Source: Anaeromyxobacter sp.
Lineage (GTDB): Bacteria > Myxococcota > Myxococcia > Myxococcales > Anaeromyxobacteraceae
Length of the DNA stretch: 64,000 nt
Direction: 5' to 3'
Assembly: GCA_049840735.1 (NCBI GenBank)
Contig: JASGJN010000020.1
Span: forward strand, 448,001 to 512,000
The notes under the pieces were generated by a model that made no database searches, had not been told where the DNA came from, and worked only from the letters and a program-made list of their open reading frames with translations. Position numbers and translations under genes: made by a program. This document shows positions 22,467-34,603 of this stretch, piece by piece; the stretch's first letter is position 1; each line of letters opens with the position of its first letter.

Positions 22467-25228
22467 TCAGGCCGGCTCGGCCGCCACCTGGCCCTGCCGC
22501 GCCGCCGAGAAGGCCCTCGCCTTGCCGCCCGCCAGGAAGGTCTGGGCGTCGGTCATGCCGAAGATCCGGATCAGCGTGGCCACCACGCCGGTCCACCCGG
22601 TCTGGTGGGAGGCGCCGATCCCCGCGCCCAGGTCGCCGTGGAAGTACTCGTAGAACAGGATCAGGTCGCGCCAGTGCGGGTCGTCCTGGAACCTGTCCGT
22701 GCCGCCGTACACCGGCCGCCGCCCGCGCGCGTCGCGCAGGAAGATGCTCTCCAGCCGCCGCGCGAGCTCCCGCGCCACCTCGAACAGGTTCATGCGGCGG
22801 CCCGAGCCGGTGGGGCACTCCACCTGGAAGGCGTCACCGTAGAACAGGTAGAAGTTGAGCAGCGCCCGGATCACCAGCGCGTTGACCGGCATCCAGACCG
22901 GGCCGCGCCAGTTGGAGTTGCCGCCGAACATGCCGCTGTCCGACTCGGCCGGCAGGTAGTCCACGCGGTGCTCCTGCCCCTCCACGCGGAAGACGTAGGG
23001 GTGCTCGGCGTGCCAGGCCGAGAGCGCCCGCAGGCCGTACGGCCCCAGGAACTCCCGCTCGTCCAGCATCCGCGCCAGGATCCGACGCAGCCGATCGCCG
23101 TCCACCAGGGCCAGGATGGCCCGCCCGTTCACGGCGTAGGCCTCCTCCCCTGGGCGCAGCCGCTTCGGGCCCGGCGCGTGGATGGAGGCCACCAGCTCCG
23201 GGGAGCGGTCCAGCCGCTCCCGCACGTGGGCCACCAGCCGCGGGACGCGCTCCAGCTCGTGCGGCTCGAAGATGGTGGTGGCGCACAGCGGCAGCAGCCC
23301 CACCATGGAGCGGACCTTGAGCCGCGTGGCGCTGCCGTCGGGGAGGCGGAGCACGTCGTAGTAGAAGCCGTCCTCCTCGTCCCACATCCCGTCGTGGCCC
23401 ACCCGGTTCATGGCCTGGGCGATCCAGAGGAAGTGGTCGGCGAACTTGACCGACAGATCCTCGAAGGCCGGGTCCTCCGCCGCGACCCGCGTGCCGATCT
23501 CCAGCATGGTCTGGCAGAAGAGCGCCATCCAGGCCGTGCCGTCGGCCTGCTCCAGGTGGCCGCCGGTGGGGAGCGGCGCCGAGCGATCGAAGACGCCGAT
23601 GTTGTCCAGCCCCAGGAAGCCGCCCTCGAAGACGTTCTTGCCGAAGCGGTCCTTGCGGTTCACCCACCAGCTGAAGTTGGCCAGCAGCTTGCCGAAGGCC
23701 CGCTTCATGAACTGGAGATCCCCGCGCCCGCGGGTGATCTCCTCCAGCCGGTCGACGAAGAGCGTGGCCCAGGCGTGCACCGGCGGGTTCACGTCGCTGA
23801 AGTTCCACTCGTAGGCCGGGATCTGGCCGCTGGGGTGCAGGTAGACCTCGCGCAGCATGATGTCCAGCTGCTGCTTGGCGAAGTCCACGTCCACGGCCGA
23901 GAGGGCCACGGCGTGGAAGGCCAGGTCCCAGGCCGCGTACCAGGGGTACTCCCACTTGTCCGGCATGGAGATCACGTGGTCGTTGACCATGTGCGCCCAC
24001 TCGGCGTTGCGGAACCCGCCGCCGCCGGCGAACGGATCCCGGCCGTGCTCGCGCAGCCACAGCTCCAGGTCGAAGAAGTAGTACTGCTTGGACCAGAGCA
24101 TGCCGGCCAGCGCCTGGCGCAGCACGCGGGCCTCGTCCGCGCTGGCGGCGGGCGGCGTGAGCGCGCCGTAGAACGCGTCCGCCTCCTGCAGGCGCGCCGC
24201 GAAGATGTCCTCGACCCCGGCGAACGGGGCCGCCAGCTGCGCCGGCGCGCGGTCGCACAGCCGGAGGCGCCAGGTGACGCTCCCGCCGGCCGGGATGCGC
24301 TCGACGCGGTGCGCCGCGGCCTTGGTGCCGATCCGGGCCGGGTTGACGGCGTCGGCGCGCCCACCCACCACCGCCTCGTGGAACGCGTCTTTCACGTAGG
24401 GTGACGGGTTGGGCTGCCCGAAGAGGCGCGCCGCGTTGGTGTCGTTCTCGGTGAAGAGGAGCGGGGCGTCCCCCTCGACGTAGAGCCAGCGCTCGCCCAG
24501 CGTCGCGTGCGAGGCGGCCACCACGCCGGCCCCGCGCCCGGACACCGCGCGCAGCGACGGGCGGGGCGGGTCCTTCCACCAGGACCAGGTGTTGCGGAAC
24601 CAGAGCGTGGGCAGGAGGTGGAGCTCGGCCGGCTCGGGCCCCCGGTTCACGGCGGTGAATCCGGACGCAGGAGATCCTCCGGCCCGGCCTTGGCGTACTC
24701 GACGAAGACGTCGAAGTACCGCTCCTCGTCGAAGGCCCCGGTGTCGAGCAGCTCGTACTCCAGCTCCGTGCGCCCGCGCCGGCCGTTCTCCTGCACCAGC
24801 GCCGCGTACGGGAAGGCGCGCTGCGGGTACTTGTAGAGCCACTTCATGTACGAGTGGGTCGGGGTCGAGTCGACGTAGAAGTAGTACTCCTTCACGTCCT
24901 CGCCGTGGTTCCCCTCGGCGTTGGTCAGGCCGAAGAGCCGCTCCTTGAGGATGGGATCGCGCCCGTTCCACAGCGCCAGCGCGAAGCAGAGCCGCTGCTT
25001 CTCGTCGCTCACGCCCGCCAGCCCGTCCTCGCCCCAGTGATAGGCGCGGGAGCGCGACTGGTCGTGGGAGAAGTAGCTCCAGGCGTTGCCGTCGGCGCTG
25101 TAGTCCTCGCGCACCGTGCCCCACTGCCGCTCGCTCAGGTAGGGTCCCCAGCGCCGCCACGGCACCTCGTGCTCGCGCGCCTCCTGGAGCCGCCGGTTCT
25201 CCGCCGCTGCCGCCGCGTCGCTGGCCAT
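22467..25228 (-). CDS. MGH1-like/GH63-related glucosidase (apparent indels near 24657-24672)
   Basis: [70 protein letters not shown]; removing two bases restores EDLCVRITAVN. Confidence 0.88.
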
Positions 25229-25399
25229 GGGGACCTCCACGCTCGGACTGGCCATGGTCGCGCTCCAGCGCCAATCCTGCGATGGGACCAAGGTCGCGAG
25301 CCCGGACATCTCCACTCGTCCGAGTGAGCCGATGGGGGCCATTGGGCTGATGCCTTCCCCGGCCGGGCTGCGATAGAAGGGGCGCCACCGGAGCCGATC

Positions 25400-26824
25400 A
25401 TGCGCGTCCCCACCCTGCTCGTCGCCCTCGCCCTCCCCGCCGCCGCCCAGGTCCCGGAGGTCCCGGCGCCTCCGCAGCCCGGCCCTGCCGTGGCCCCGTT
25501 GACGCTCGATCCGCAGCTGGTGAGGGATCCGCCCAGGAACTACTGGCTGCCCGTGCTCGAAGGGCCCATCGCCTACAACCTGGCCCAGACCCTGGTGGCC
25601 CGGACCTTCTCCAGCACCGACACGTTCGACTCGACCTGGGACACCTTCGTCGACGCGCTCGACGGGCCCTGGTGGTACGACCAGGACAAGTTCACCACCA
25701 ACCAGTTCGGCCACCCGTACCAAGGCAGCGTCTACCACACGGCCGGCCGCAGCCTCGGGCTCGACTTCTGGGAGAGCTTCCTCAACGCCGAGCTGGGCAG
25801 CTTCCTGTGGGAGACGGGCGGCGGAACCGAGCCGCCCTCGGTCAACGACCAGATCGCCACGCCCATCGCCGGCAGCCTCCTGGGCGAGGTGCTCTTCCGC
25901 ATGGCCTACCGGATCGTGGACGTCCCGGGTGGCGCCGGGTTCTGGCGCGAGGCAGGCGCCTTCGCCGTGTCCCCGGCCACCGGCGTGAACCGGGCCATGT
26001 TCCAGGACCGGTACCGCTTCCAGGACCTGAACCAGCAGCCCTGGTATGGCGAAGGGGGCGCGGGGGTGGGGTTCGGCGGACAGTCCGCCACCGGCGGGGT
26101 CGAAACCTCGCGCAGCGGCGGCCGGCTGGCCGTGCGGGGCGAGCTGGTCAACGGCCTCCCCGGCGGAGCCTGGACCTTCCGCCGCCCCATGGATCACTTC
26201 GACGCCCGCCTCTCCGGCCTCATCGACTCCAACAGCACCACGCAGCAGATGTCGGCCAACCTCACCATCCGCGGGCTGCTGCTCGGCACCAGCTACGGGC
26301 GTCCCGAGGCGCGCGGCCTGTGGGGGATGTTCGGCGCGTACGACTTCCTCACCCCTGGCACCTTCCGCGTCTCCTCCTGCAACGTGACGGTGGGGACGGT
26401 GGGCCAGCGGCCGCTGGGCGGCGGGCTGACGCTGCAGGGCACCGCCTACGCCGGCGTCGGCTTCGGCGCGGGCGGCTCCCTGCCGGAGGCGGTGGAGCGG
26501 CGCGACTACCACCTCGGCCTGCAGGGCGTGTCGCTCTTCGAAGGGAAGCTGTTCTGGGCCGAGCGCTACCGGCTCCGGCTGGGCGCGCGCGGCTACTACA
26601 TCTCCGGGAAGGTCTCGCCCGGAACCGACACGTTCGAGGGGATCGCCTACGCCAGCGCCAATCTCACGGCCCGGCTGGCGGGGCCGCACGCGCTGTCGGC
26701 CGGCTGGACCGGCGCCCGGCGCCGCGCCCAGTACCCCGACCAGCCCGACGTCTTCTCCCACGCCAGCGAGTGGACGGTGAGCTACCTCTACGTCAACGAC
26801 CCGGGGCTGGGTCGGGCCCGCTGA
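25400..26824 (+). CDS. DUF3943-domain outer-membrane protein
   Basis: Signal peptide; [12 protein letters not shown]...GRS-G--FWES...LWE...EPPSVND; beta-strand-rich C-half. Confidence 0.82.
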   Translation: MRVPTLLVALALPAAAQVPEVPAPPQPGPAVAPLTLDPQLVRDPPRNYWLPVLEGPIAYNLAQTLVARTFSSTDTFDSTWDTFVDALDGPWWYDQDKFTTNQFGHPYQGSVYHTAGRSLGLDFWESFLNAELGSFLWETGGGTEPPSVNDQIATPIAGSLLGEVLFRMAYRIVDVPGGAGFWREAGAFAVSPATGVNRAMFQDRYRFQDLNQQPWYGEGGAGVGFGGQSATGGVETSRSGGRLAVRGELVNGLPGGAWTFRRPMDHFDARLSGLIDSNSTTQQMSANLTIRGLLLGTSYGRPEARGLWGMFGAYDFLTPGTFRVSSCNVTVGTVGQRPLGGGLTLQGTAYAGVGFGAGGSLPEAVERRDYHLGLQGVSLFEGKLFWAERYRLRLGARGYYISGKVSPGTDTFEGIAYASANLTARLAGPHALSAGWTGARRRAQYPDQPDVFSHASEWTVSYLYVNDPGLGRAR

Positions 26825-26843
26825 GCACGCGGCGGCCGCGGGC

Positions 26844-27917
26844 TCACGCCAGCAGCGGCTCCAGCCAGGCCAGGGCGCGGGCCGGGTCGAAGCGGCTCAT
26901 GCCCTCCGGGAAGAGGAGGTCGGCCATCAGGAAGGCGTCGGCCAGCGGCGGGGTGGTCACGTAGGGCACCGCGATCGAGCGCATGAAGGCGCGCGCCGCG
27001 GCCTCGACGCCGTGGCGCGAGTCCTCGACCACCACGCAGGCCTGCGCCGCCACCCCCAGCCGCCGCGCGGTCTCGAGGAAGATGTCCGGCGCGGGCTTGC
27101 CGCGCGCCACCTCGTCCGCCGAGACCACCACCTGGCACTCCGCCGCCAGCCCCACCCGCGCCAGCAGCCGCTCCAGCACCACCGGGCCTGAGCCCGAGGC
27201 GATGGCCACCGGGATCCCGCGCGCGCGCAGGGCGTCCCAGAAGGCCTTCATGGCCGGGTACAGGTCGGTGCGGGCCTCGGCGTGGGCCAGGTAGAGCGCG
27301 TTCTTGCGGGCCGCCAGCGCCTCCGGGCTCTCGGCCAGGCCGAAGCGGCGCTTGAAGTCGGCCATCATCTCGAGGTTCGACCCGCCGATGTAGCGCGCCT
27401 TGTCCTCGCGGGTGAAGGCGACGCCGTGCGCCGCCAGCAGCTCGCGATCCGCCAGGTAGTAGTTCTCCTCGCTGTCGATGAGCGTGCCGTCCAGGTCGAA
27501 GATGACCGCCTGCACCGGGTGGCGCGGCTCGGGCCGGATCCGGGCCGAGAGCTCCACCACGTTCCCCTCGGGATCGCGCAGCTCCAGCTCGCGGAAGCCG
27601 TCGCCGGTGTCGCGCGGCGGGCGCAGCGCCGGCGGCCCCAGCCCCAGGGCCTGCAGCCGCGCGTGCTCGGCGTCCACGTCCTCCACGTCCAGCGACAGGT
27701 GGTCGGGCGCGTGGGCGCGGTGGGCCGCGAAGGCCGGGTCGCGGGGCCGCTCCAGCAGCTCCAGCTGGATCCCCTCGCGCTCCAGGAAGACGGTGCGCAG
27801 GCCGGGCGAGTTCCGGCTCACGTAGTGGTAGCGGGGGCGGAACCCCAGCGCCTTCCGGTAGAACAGCTCGACCGCGTAGAGGTCGGAGACCTCGATGCCG
27901 ACGTGGTGCAGCTTCAT
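26844..27917 (-). CDS. VOC/glyoxalase domain fused to HAD-IA (beta-phosphoglucomutase-like) phosphatase
   Basis: [11 protein letters not shown]...FY...[23 protein letters not shown], then [24 protein letters not shown]. Confidence 0.88.
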   Translation of the reverse strand: MKLHHVGIEVSDLYAVELFYRKALGFRPRYHYVSRNSPGLRTVFLEREGIQLELLERPRDPAFAAHRAHAPDHLSLDVEDVDAEHARLQALGLGPPALRPPRDTGDGFRELELRDPEGNVVELSARIRPEPRHPVQAVIFDLDGTLIDSEENYYLADRELLAAHGVAFTREDKARYIGGSNLEMMADFKRRFGLAESPEALAARKNALYLAHAEARTDLYPAMKAFWDALRARGIPVAIASGSGPVVLERLLARVGLAAECQVVVSADEVARGKPAPDIFLETARRLGVAAQACVVVEDSRHGVEAAARAFMRSIAVPYVTTPPLADAFLMADLLFPEGMSRFDPARALAWLEPLLA

Positions 27918-27926
27918 CCGGACAGC

Positions 27927-28571
27927 TTACCCGGGATCGGCCTCGCCGTAGGCGCGGGGATCGAGCCCGTGGCGGAAGGCGAGCGAGATGCGCGGCCCGG
28001 CCCGCGCCACCTTGGGCACCGCGTGCTCCCAGGTCCGCTGCGCCGTCCCGCCGGTCACCAGCAGGTCGCCGCGCCCGAGCAGGAAGGCGCGGGAGGTCCC
28101 CCCGCCGCGCGGCCGCAGGAGCAGCTTGCGCGGCTCGCCCAGCGAGACCAGCGCCACCACCGGCTCGGCGAGCTCCTTGCGGATCCGGTCGCCGTGCCAG
28201 GCCACGCTGTCCCGCCCGTCGCGGTAGAGGTTGAAGCCCACCGAGTCGAAGACCACCCCGTAGCGCACGCCCAGCAGCGCGCGCATCTCCTCCACCAGCG
28301 GCGGCTCGAGGGGCCCCTCGTCGCCCAGCGCCCAGCGCGAGGTGAGGCGCGGCTCGAGCACCTCCCCCTGGTGCATGTGGCGGGTGCGCTGGCCCCAGCG
28401 CCGGGCGCGCAGCACCTGCTCGAAGAGCCGGTCGGCCCCGCTCACCCAGCCCGGCGCCAGGTCGATCCAGGCCCGCTCGTCGAGCGCGACGCGCTGGAGC
28501 GTGGCGAAGCCGGGGTCGAGCCCGGGCGGCGCCTGGCCGAAGAGTCCGGGCTGGAAGGGCGTGGTGAGCAC
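27927..28571 (-). CDS. AlkB-family 2OG-Fe(II) dioxygenase
   Basis: NLYRDGRDSVAWHGD (HxD), WEHAVPK, RISLAFR. Confidence 0.92.
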   Translation of the reverse strand: MLTTPFQPGLFGQAPPGLDPGFATLQRVALDERAWIDLAPGWVSGADRLFEQVLRARRWGQRTRHMHQGEVLEPRLTSRWALGDEGPLEPPLVEEMRALLGVRYGVVFDSVGFNLYRDGRDSVAWHGDRIRKELAEPVVALVSLGEPRKLLLRPRGGGTSRAFLLGRGDLLVTGGTAQRTWEHAVPKVARAGPRISLAFRHGLDPRAYGEADPG

Positions 28572-28629
28572 GGCGGGGACGTAACGGCGGCCCCGGGCCG
28601 CTGCTGCGCACCTCCGGGGCGGGGGGCGC

Positions 28630-30522
28630 TCAGCCGTCCAGCCGCACCCCGTCCCGCTCGGCGATCCAGACGCTGGCCCCCTGCGCCTGCTCCGGCAAGG
28701 GGAGCGCGCCGCCCCGCACCACGGCGCGGGCTCCGCTGAAGAGCTCGGTCAGCTCCAGCCCGTCAGGCAGCCCGCCGTGCGCCACCGGCAGCGGCCCGGC
28801 CGGCCGGGGCCGGGCGCCGCGGTGCGCCACCACCAGCACCCGCCCCTCCGCCCCCTCGCGCTGGTAGGCGATGGTGTCCTCCTCCACCGCCAGCGCCTGG
28901 AAGCCGCCCTCCTGCAGCGCAGGGTTGCCGCGCCGGAGCGCGATCAGGGTCCGGTGCAGCCGGAGCAGGTCGTGGTCCCAGCGCGCCGGGTCCCAGATCA
29001 TGCAGCCGCGCTGCTCGAGCCGGGGCACGTCCTGCATCCCAATCTCGTCGCCGTAGTAGATGCTGGGCAGGCCCGGGTAGGTGAACTGGACCACCAGCGC
29101 CAGCTGCTGGAGCGCGCCGCGCCCGGAGAGCGTGGAGCGGATGCGCGAGACGTCGTGGCTGCCCAGCGCGTTGTACTGCTGCAGCGTGAGCGCCCAGGGC
29201 ACCGCCGCGCGGCGGTGGCGCCAGGCCGCCTCCAGCGCGCTGGTGGGGGTGGCGGCCGGCGAGGAGATGGTGCCGACCCGGAAGGCGGTCTGCCGGTAGC
29301 CGCGCAGCCAGTGCCAGAGCGGGAAGGTGAAGCCGGCGTAGTTCATGATGCCGTCCCACTGGTCGCCCTGGAGCGCCGCGGAGGCGTCGAAGAAGTGCTC
29401 GCCCAGCAGGTAGGCGTCGGCGCGGGTGGACTTCACCGCCTGCCGGACGGACCGGGCGATCTCCGCGCCCAGCTGCACCGCGCCCTGCCGCCCCAGCATG
29501 TTGGCCACGTCCACGCGCCAGCCGTCGGCGGCGTAGGGCGGCCGCAGCCAGCGGGTCAGCACCGCGTCCGGGCCGGTGATCATGCGCCGGCGCAGCTCCT
29601 CGCTCCGGTAGTTGAGCTTGGGCAGCGACCAGACGCCGAGCCAGGTGACGTAGTCGTCGGGGTGACGGTCGAAGGTGAAGAACTCGGCCTCGGCGCAGCC
29701 CGGGTCGGCCCGGGCGGCCTGGAACCAGGGGTGGCCGTAGCCGACGTGGTTGGGCACCAGGTCGAGCAGGTAGCGCATGCCGCGGGCGTCCAGCGCCTGC
29801 CGCAGGCGCGCCAGCGCCGCGTCGCCGCCCAGGTGCGGATCGACGTGCTCGAAGTCGGTCACGTCGTACTTGTGGTTCGAGGGCGAGGTGAAGACCGGGT
29901 TCAGGTAGACCGCGTTGACGCCCAGGTCCTCCAGGTGATCGAGGTGCCGGATCACGCCCGGCAGGTCGCCGCCGAAGAAGGTCAGCGCGAAGGGCTGGTC
30001 CTCCGGCGGCGTGGACTCCCAGGGGAAGGTGCGGGGGCGCGCGCCGCGGTACTCGTAGTCCGCCGGCCGCGGGTCGGTGGACGGGTCCCCGTTCGCGAAG
30101 CGGTCGGGGAAGATCTGGTAGAAGACCGCGCCGCGCAGCCAGCCCGGCGGCGGGTGATCGGCCAGCACGCGGAAGTCCGCCGCGTCGAGCGGCTCGTGCG
30201 CGCTGGGCCCGCCGGCGCCGTAGGACCAGACGCCGTCGTCCGCCTCCAGCAGGAAGCGGTAGTGGACGGCGGGCTCGAGGACCTGGAGCGGGCCGTGCCA
30301 CCAGCGGAACGGCCCGCGCGCCGGGCCCGGGGTGAGGGCATGGAAGGACTGCTCGCCGTCGGGCGAGGTGCGGAGCAGCACGCGCCGCACCGGCGCGTCC
30401 GCCCCGATGCGCAGCCGGACCGTGACGGTCTCGCCCAGCGCGGGGTGGAGCTGGGTGAGGTAGCGCGGCGAGCCGTCGTGGTGGACGGTGGCCAGCCAGG
30501 CCGGCTGCGGCGGTTGCGACAC
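28630..30522 (-). CDS. malZ: Maltodextrin glucosidase (GH13)
   Basis: HHDGS N-terminus, FYQIFPDRFANGD, FFGGDL, SNHKYD, GWRVDVA, GEHF, GSHD, YYGDEIG. Confidence 0.85.
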   Translation of the reverse strand: MSQPPQPAWLATVHHDGSPRYLTQLHPALGETVTVRLRIGADAPVRRVLLRTSPDGEQSFHALTPGPARGPFRWWHGPLQVLEPAVHYRFLLEADDGVWSYGAGGPSAHEPLDAADFRVLADHPPPGWLRGAVFYQIFPDRFANGDPSTDPRPADYEYRGARPRTFPWESTPPEDQPFALTFFGGDLPGVIRHLDHLEDLGVNAVYLNPVFTSPSNHKYDVTDFEHVDPHLGGDAALARLRQALDARGMRYLLDLVPNHVGYGHPWFQAARADPGCAEAEFFTFDRHPDDYVTWLGVWSLPKLNYRSEELRRRMITGPDAVLTRWLRPPYAADGWRVDVANMLGRQGAVQLGAEIARSVRQAVKSTRADAYLLGEHFFDASAALQGDQWDGIMNYAGFTFPLWHWLRGYRQTAFRVGTISSPAATPTSALEAAWRHRRAAVPWALTLQQYNALGSHDVSRIRSTLSGRGALQQLALVVQFTYPGLPSIYYGDEIGMQDVPRLEQRGCMIWDPARWDHDLLRLHRTLIALRRGNPALQEGGFQALAVEEDTIAYQREGAEGRVLVVAHRGARPRPAGPLPVAHGGLPDGLELTELFSGARAVVRGGALPLPEQAQGASVWIAERDGVRLDG

Positions 30523-30771
30523 GCGAGGACCTCCTGGACGACGACGCTCCGCGATTTCCGGACCGCGCAGCGCCGCTGGTCACGAAGCATGTTCGTGGCC
30601 TGGACGCACGCCGCGCTGCGACGTGACACCCGGCGCCTGCGCCGGGGTGCGGATGCTCGCATCGGGGAGCACCCCGCGACAAGCTAGCACCTGCCCCACC
30701 CTTCGCCGCACCCCACCTGATCCCCGCAACGGGCTATCCTCCGCACTTCGAGCCAGCGCGGGGGTGGGTGC

Positions 30772-33700
30772 ATGGAGCTGCTGCTGTGGGTTGTGCTGAA
30801 TCGGTCTGGCGGTGCTGACCTACCTCGGCTTCACCAGGGCGGGCGAGCGCGAGGCCGAGACCCGGCGCACGCTCCTCTCCATGCGCGACCGGCTGGGCAA
30901 GCTCGAGCTGGTCCAGGAGCGGCTCCTCTCCCGCCTCGCCAGCCTCGAGGAAGGGCAGCCTGCGGAGGGCGCGGTGCGCGCGTCCGCGCCGGAGGCGGCC
31001 CGCGCCGCGGCGCCCATCCCGGCGCCGCTCCCCACCGTCTTCGCCTCCCCGCCGCCGGCCGGCCCGCCGGAGCCGCCTCCGGCGGCCACCCCGGCGCCGC
31101 CCCCGCCACTCTTCTCCGACCTGCCCGCCACGCCGGTAGCGGCCCCGCCCCCGGCCATGCCTCCGGGCTGGGAGCCGCCCGCCGCGCCGGGCGCTCCCGA
31201 GGCCGCTCCGGCCGCCTCCACCGAGCTGCCGCCGCCCCTCCCGCCGCTGGAGCCGCCGCCTCCTGCCCCGCCGCCCGCGCCCCGCCCGGCGCCGTTCCAG
31301 CTCCCGAAGATCGACTGGGAGCGGCTGGTGGGGGTGAAGCTCTTCTCCTGGGCCGCCGGCGGCGCGGTGGCCATCGCGGCCGTGCTCTGGGCGCGCTACG
31401 CCGTGGACAACGGCCTCATCACGCCGCCCATCCGCATGGCGGTGGGCGTGGTGGTGGGGCTCGGCCTGCTCCTGGGCGCCGAGACCCGGCGCGCGCAGGC
31501 CTACCGGGTCACCGCCCAGGCGCTGGCGGCCGGCGGCGTGGTCGCGCTCTTCTCCACCTTCTTCGCCGCCCACGTGCTCTGGCGCCTCATCCCCGCCGGC
31601 GCCGCCTTCGGGCTGCTGGCGCTGGTCGCCGCCGTGGCGGTGCTCATCTCGGTCCGGCGCGATGCGCTGGTCATGTCGCTCCTGGGCCTGCTGGGCGGCT
31701 TCGCCACGCCGGCCCTGATCTCCACCGGCCAGAACAACCCCCTGGGCCTCTTCGGCTACCTGCTGCTGCTCGACGTGGGGCTGGCCTGGGTGGCCTACCG
31801 GAAGCGCTGGCCGCTCCTCTCCGCGCTCTCGCTGGGGCTCACCGGCCTGTACCAGGCCGGCTGGGTGGCCAAGATGATGGAGCGCGATCGGCTCCCCATC
31901 GCCTTCGCGGCCTTCCTGATCTTCCCGGTGGTGGGGCTGGCCGGCCTGTTCGCCGGCAGCCGCCGCGCCGCCGGGGACGGGGCGCCGGTGGACCGGCTCA
32001 CCCGCTGGACCGCCGCCGCGGCCTCGCTGCCGCCGGCGCTGCTGGCGCTCCACCTGGCCAGCAGCGGCCGCTACGCCGAGCACTGGCCGCTGGTGCTGGG
32101 GTTCCTGGCGGTGGTGGCGGTGGGGCTGGCGGCGGTGGCCGCCTGGCAGGGGCCGGAGTGGCTCCACCTGGCTGGCGGGGCCACCGTGCTGCTCACCCTG
32201 GCCGGCTTCCTGGCCGGGAACCACGCGCAGGCCCGCGAGGCGTGGCCAGCGCTGGGCTGGGCCACCCTGGGGCTGGCCGCCCTCTACCTGGCCGCCCCGG
32301 CGGTGCTGGAGCGGCTGGGCCGGGCCTTGCGGGCCGAGGGGCGCCTGGCGGTGCTGACCGCGCCGGCCACGCTCTTCGTCTTCGCCGCCATGGCGCTCAC
32401 CCCGCAGGGCGCGGCCCCCGCCGGCCTGCTCCTCCCGGCGCTGCTCGTCGCCGCCGCCAGCTCCGCCGTGGCGGTCTGGCGCGCCGAGGGGCGGCTGCAC
32501 CTGCTCGGCGCGGTGCTGCTGCTGCTGGCGCTGGTCTGCTGGTCGGCCCAGCACCTCGACGCGACCACGCTCCTCCCGGCCCTGCTGGCCTACGCCGCCG
32601 CGGGCGGCCTGCTGCTCGCCGCCCCGCTGCTGGCCGAGCGCCGCGGCCGCCCGCTGGCCGGCGGCGCACCCGGCCCGTTCCTGCTGGCCGCGCTGGGGCT
32701 CCTGCTGTTCGTGGCCGGCGGCCCGGCCGCGCACGCCGCCGTGGCCAGCCTGGCCGGCCTGACGGCGCTGGCGGCGCTGCTCCAGGCCGCGCTCTTCTTC
32801 GAGGCCTGGCGCGGCCGCTCGGCGCTCTTCGCGCTGGGCGGGGTGGCCATGGGGTTCGTGACCCTGGCGCTCTGGGCGCTGACCGGGCTGGCCGGGGCGG
32901 TGCTGCCGGCGCTGGTGGCCGGCGCGGCGCTGGCCGCGGTGGCGCTGGCCGGCTCGCTGCTGGCGGGGCGCCGCGCAGCGGCCCCCCAGCTCGACGTGGT
33001 GCCGCACCTGGCGCTGGCCGCCCACCTGCTGGTGGCGGTGGTGGCGGCCCGGCCCGCGCTGGCCGCGCCGGCCTGGCCCTGGCTGGCGGTGCTGGCGGTG
33101 CTCGACCTGGCCTACCTGGCCGCGGCGCTGCTCCGGCGGCGCAGCGCAATCCTGCTCGGGCCGGCCGCGCTCACGGTGGTGGTCCTGCTCGCCCACCTGA
33201 TCGGGATGGGCGTGGAGCCGCCCTCGCCCACCGTGGCGGGGTGGGCCGCGCTGGGGTTCGCGGCGCTGTTCCTGGGGGCCTTCCTGGCGGCGCGGCGCAC
33301 CGGCGCCGAGCCGGCCGCCAAGGCCGGGGCAGGCGCGGCCGCGGCGGCCACGGCACTGCACGGCGGGCAGCTGGTGCTGCTCCTGGCCGCGGCGCCGCAC
33401 ACCCTCCCGCTCTCCTTCCTGGTCCCGGCCCACCTGGCGCTGGGGGTCGGGCTGCTGGCGCTGGCCTGGCTCGCGCCGCTGGAGGCGCTGGCGGTCAGCG
33501 GCGCCCTGGCCGGTGCGCTGGCCGCGCCGCTGCTGCGCCTGGGCAGCGGCACCGGCGCGGAGGCGCTCTGGCTGGCCACGCCGGCCTGGCTGCTGGCGCT
33601 GGCCTATCCGCTGCTGCGGGCGCGCCGGGCCCCGGCCGAGCGGCTCCCCTTCCTGGGCGCGGTGCTGGCCAGCTTCGCCTACCTGCTGGTGGCCCGCACG

Positions 33701-34603
33701 GCCTGGGTGGACCTGGGGCTCTCCGGCTACCTGGGGGCGCTCCCGGTGGCGCAGGCGCTGCTGCTGGTACCGCACCTGGTGCTGCTGCGCCGCCTGGCCG
33801 GGAGCCGGAGCGCGCCGCAGGACCTGGGCCGCTTCGCGCTGGTGGCCGCCGCGGTGCTGGGGCTGGCCACCGTGGCCGTGCCGCTGCAGCTGGAGCGGCA
33901 GTGGATCACGCTGGGCTGGGCACTGGAAGGCGCGGCGCTGGCCTGGCTCTGGCGGCGGGTGCCGCACCGCGGGCTGCTGGTCTGGTCGGCGGCGCTGCTG
34001 GCGGCGGTCTTCCTGCGGCTGGGGCTGAACCCCTCCATCCTCGAGTACGCGCCGCGCAGCGCCACGCCCATCCTCAACTGGTACCTCTACACCTACGCGA
34101 TCTCGGCGGCCGCCTTCTTCCTGGCGGCGCGCTGGCTCTCCGGCGGCGAGGACCGGCTCCTGCCCGGCACCCCGCGCCTCTCGCCGCTGGCCGGGGCGGG
34201 CGGCGGCGTGCTGCTCTTCCTCTTGGTGAACATCGAGGTGGCCGATTTCTGGTCCACCGGGCCGCGCATCGCCTTCGAGTTCTCGGCCGGCCTGGCCCAG
34301 GACCTGAGCTACACGCTGGCCTGGGCCGCCTTCTCGGTCGCCACCCTGGCGGCCGGCGTCGCGCTCCGCTCCCGCGCCACCCGGCTCGCCGCCATCCTGC
34401 TCATGGTCGCGGCGGCGCTGAAGGGCGTGTTCCACGACCTGCACCGGCTGGAGGGGCTCTACAAGATCGGCGCCTTCACCGGCCTGGCCATCGCCCTGGC
34501 CCTGGTGGCGCTGCTCCTGCAGCGCTTCGTGCTGCGGGCCCCACCCGCCGCGCCCGGGGCCGCCCCTGCCCCCGCCGCCCCGCCGCCCCCGGAGAACCGC
34601 TGA
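30772..34603 (+). CDS. DUF2339-family polytopic membrane protein (apparent extra base near 30799)
   Basis: Pro-rich linker, DWERLVGVKLFSW, GLLGGFATP, many TM helices, K-x-x-x-HDL...LEGLYKI C-terminus; removing one A gives MELLLWVVLIGLAVLTYLG. Confidence 0.88.
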
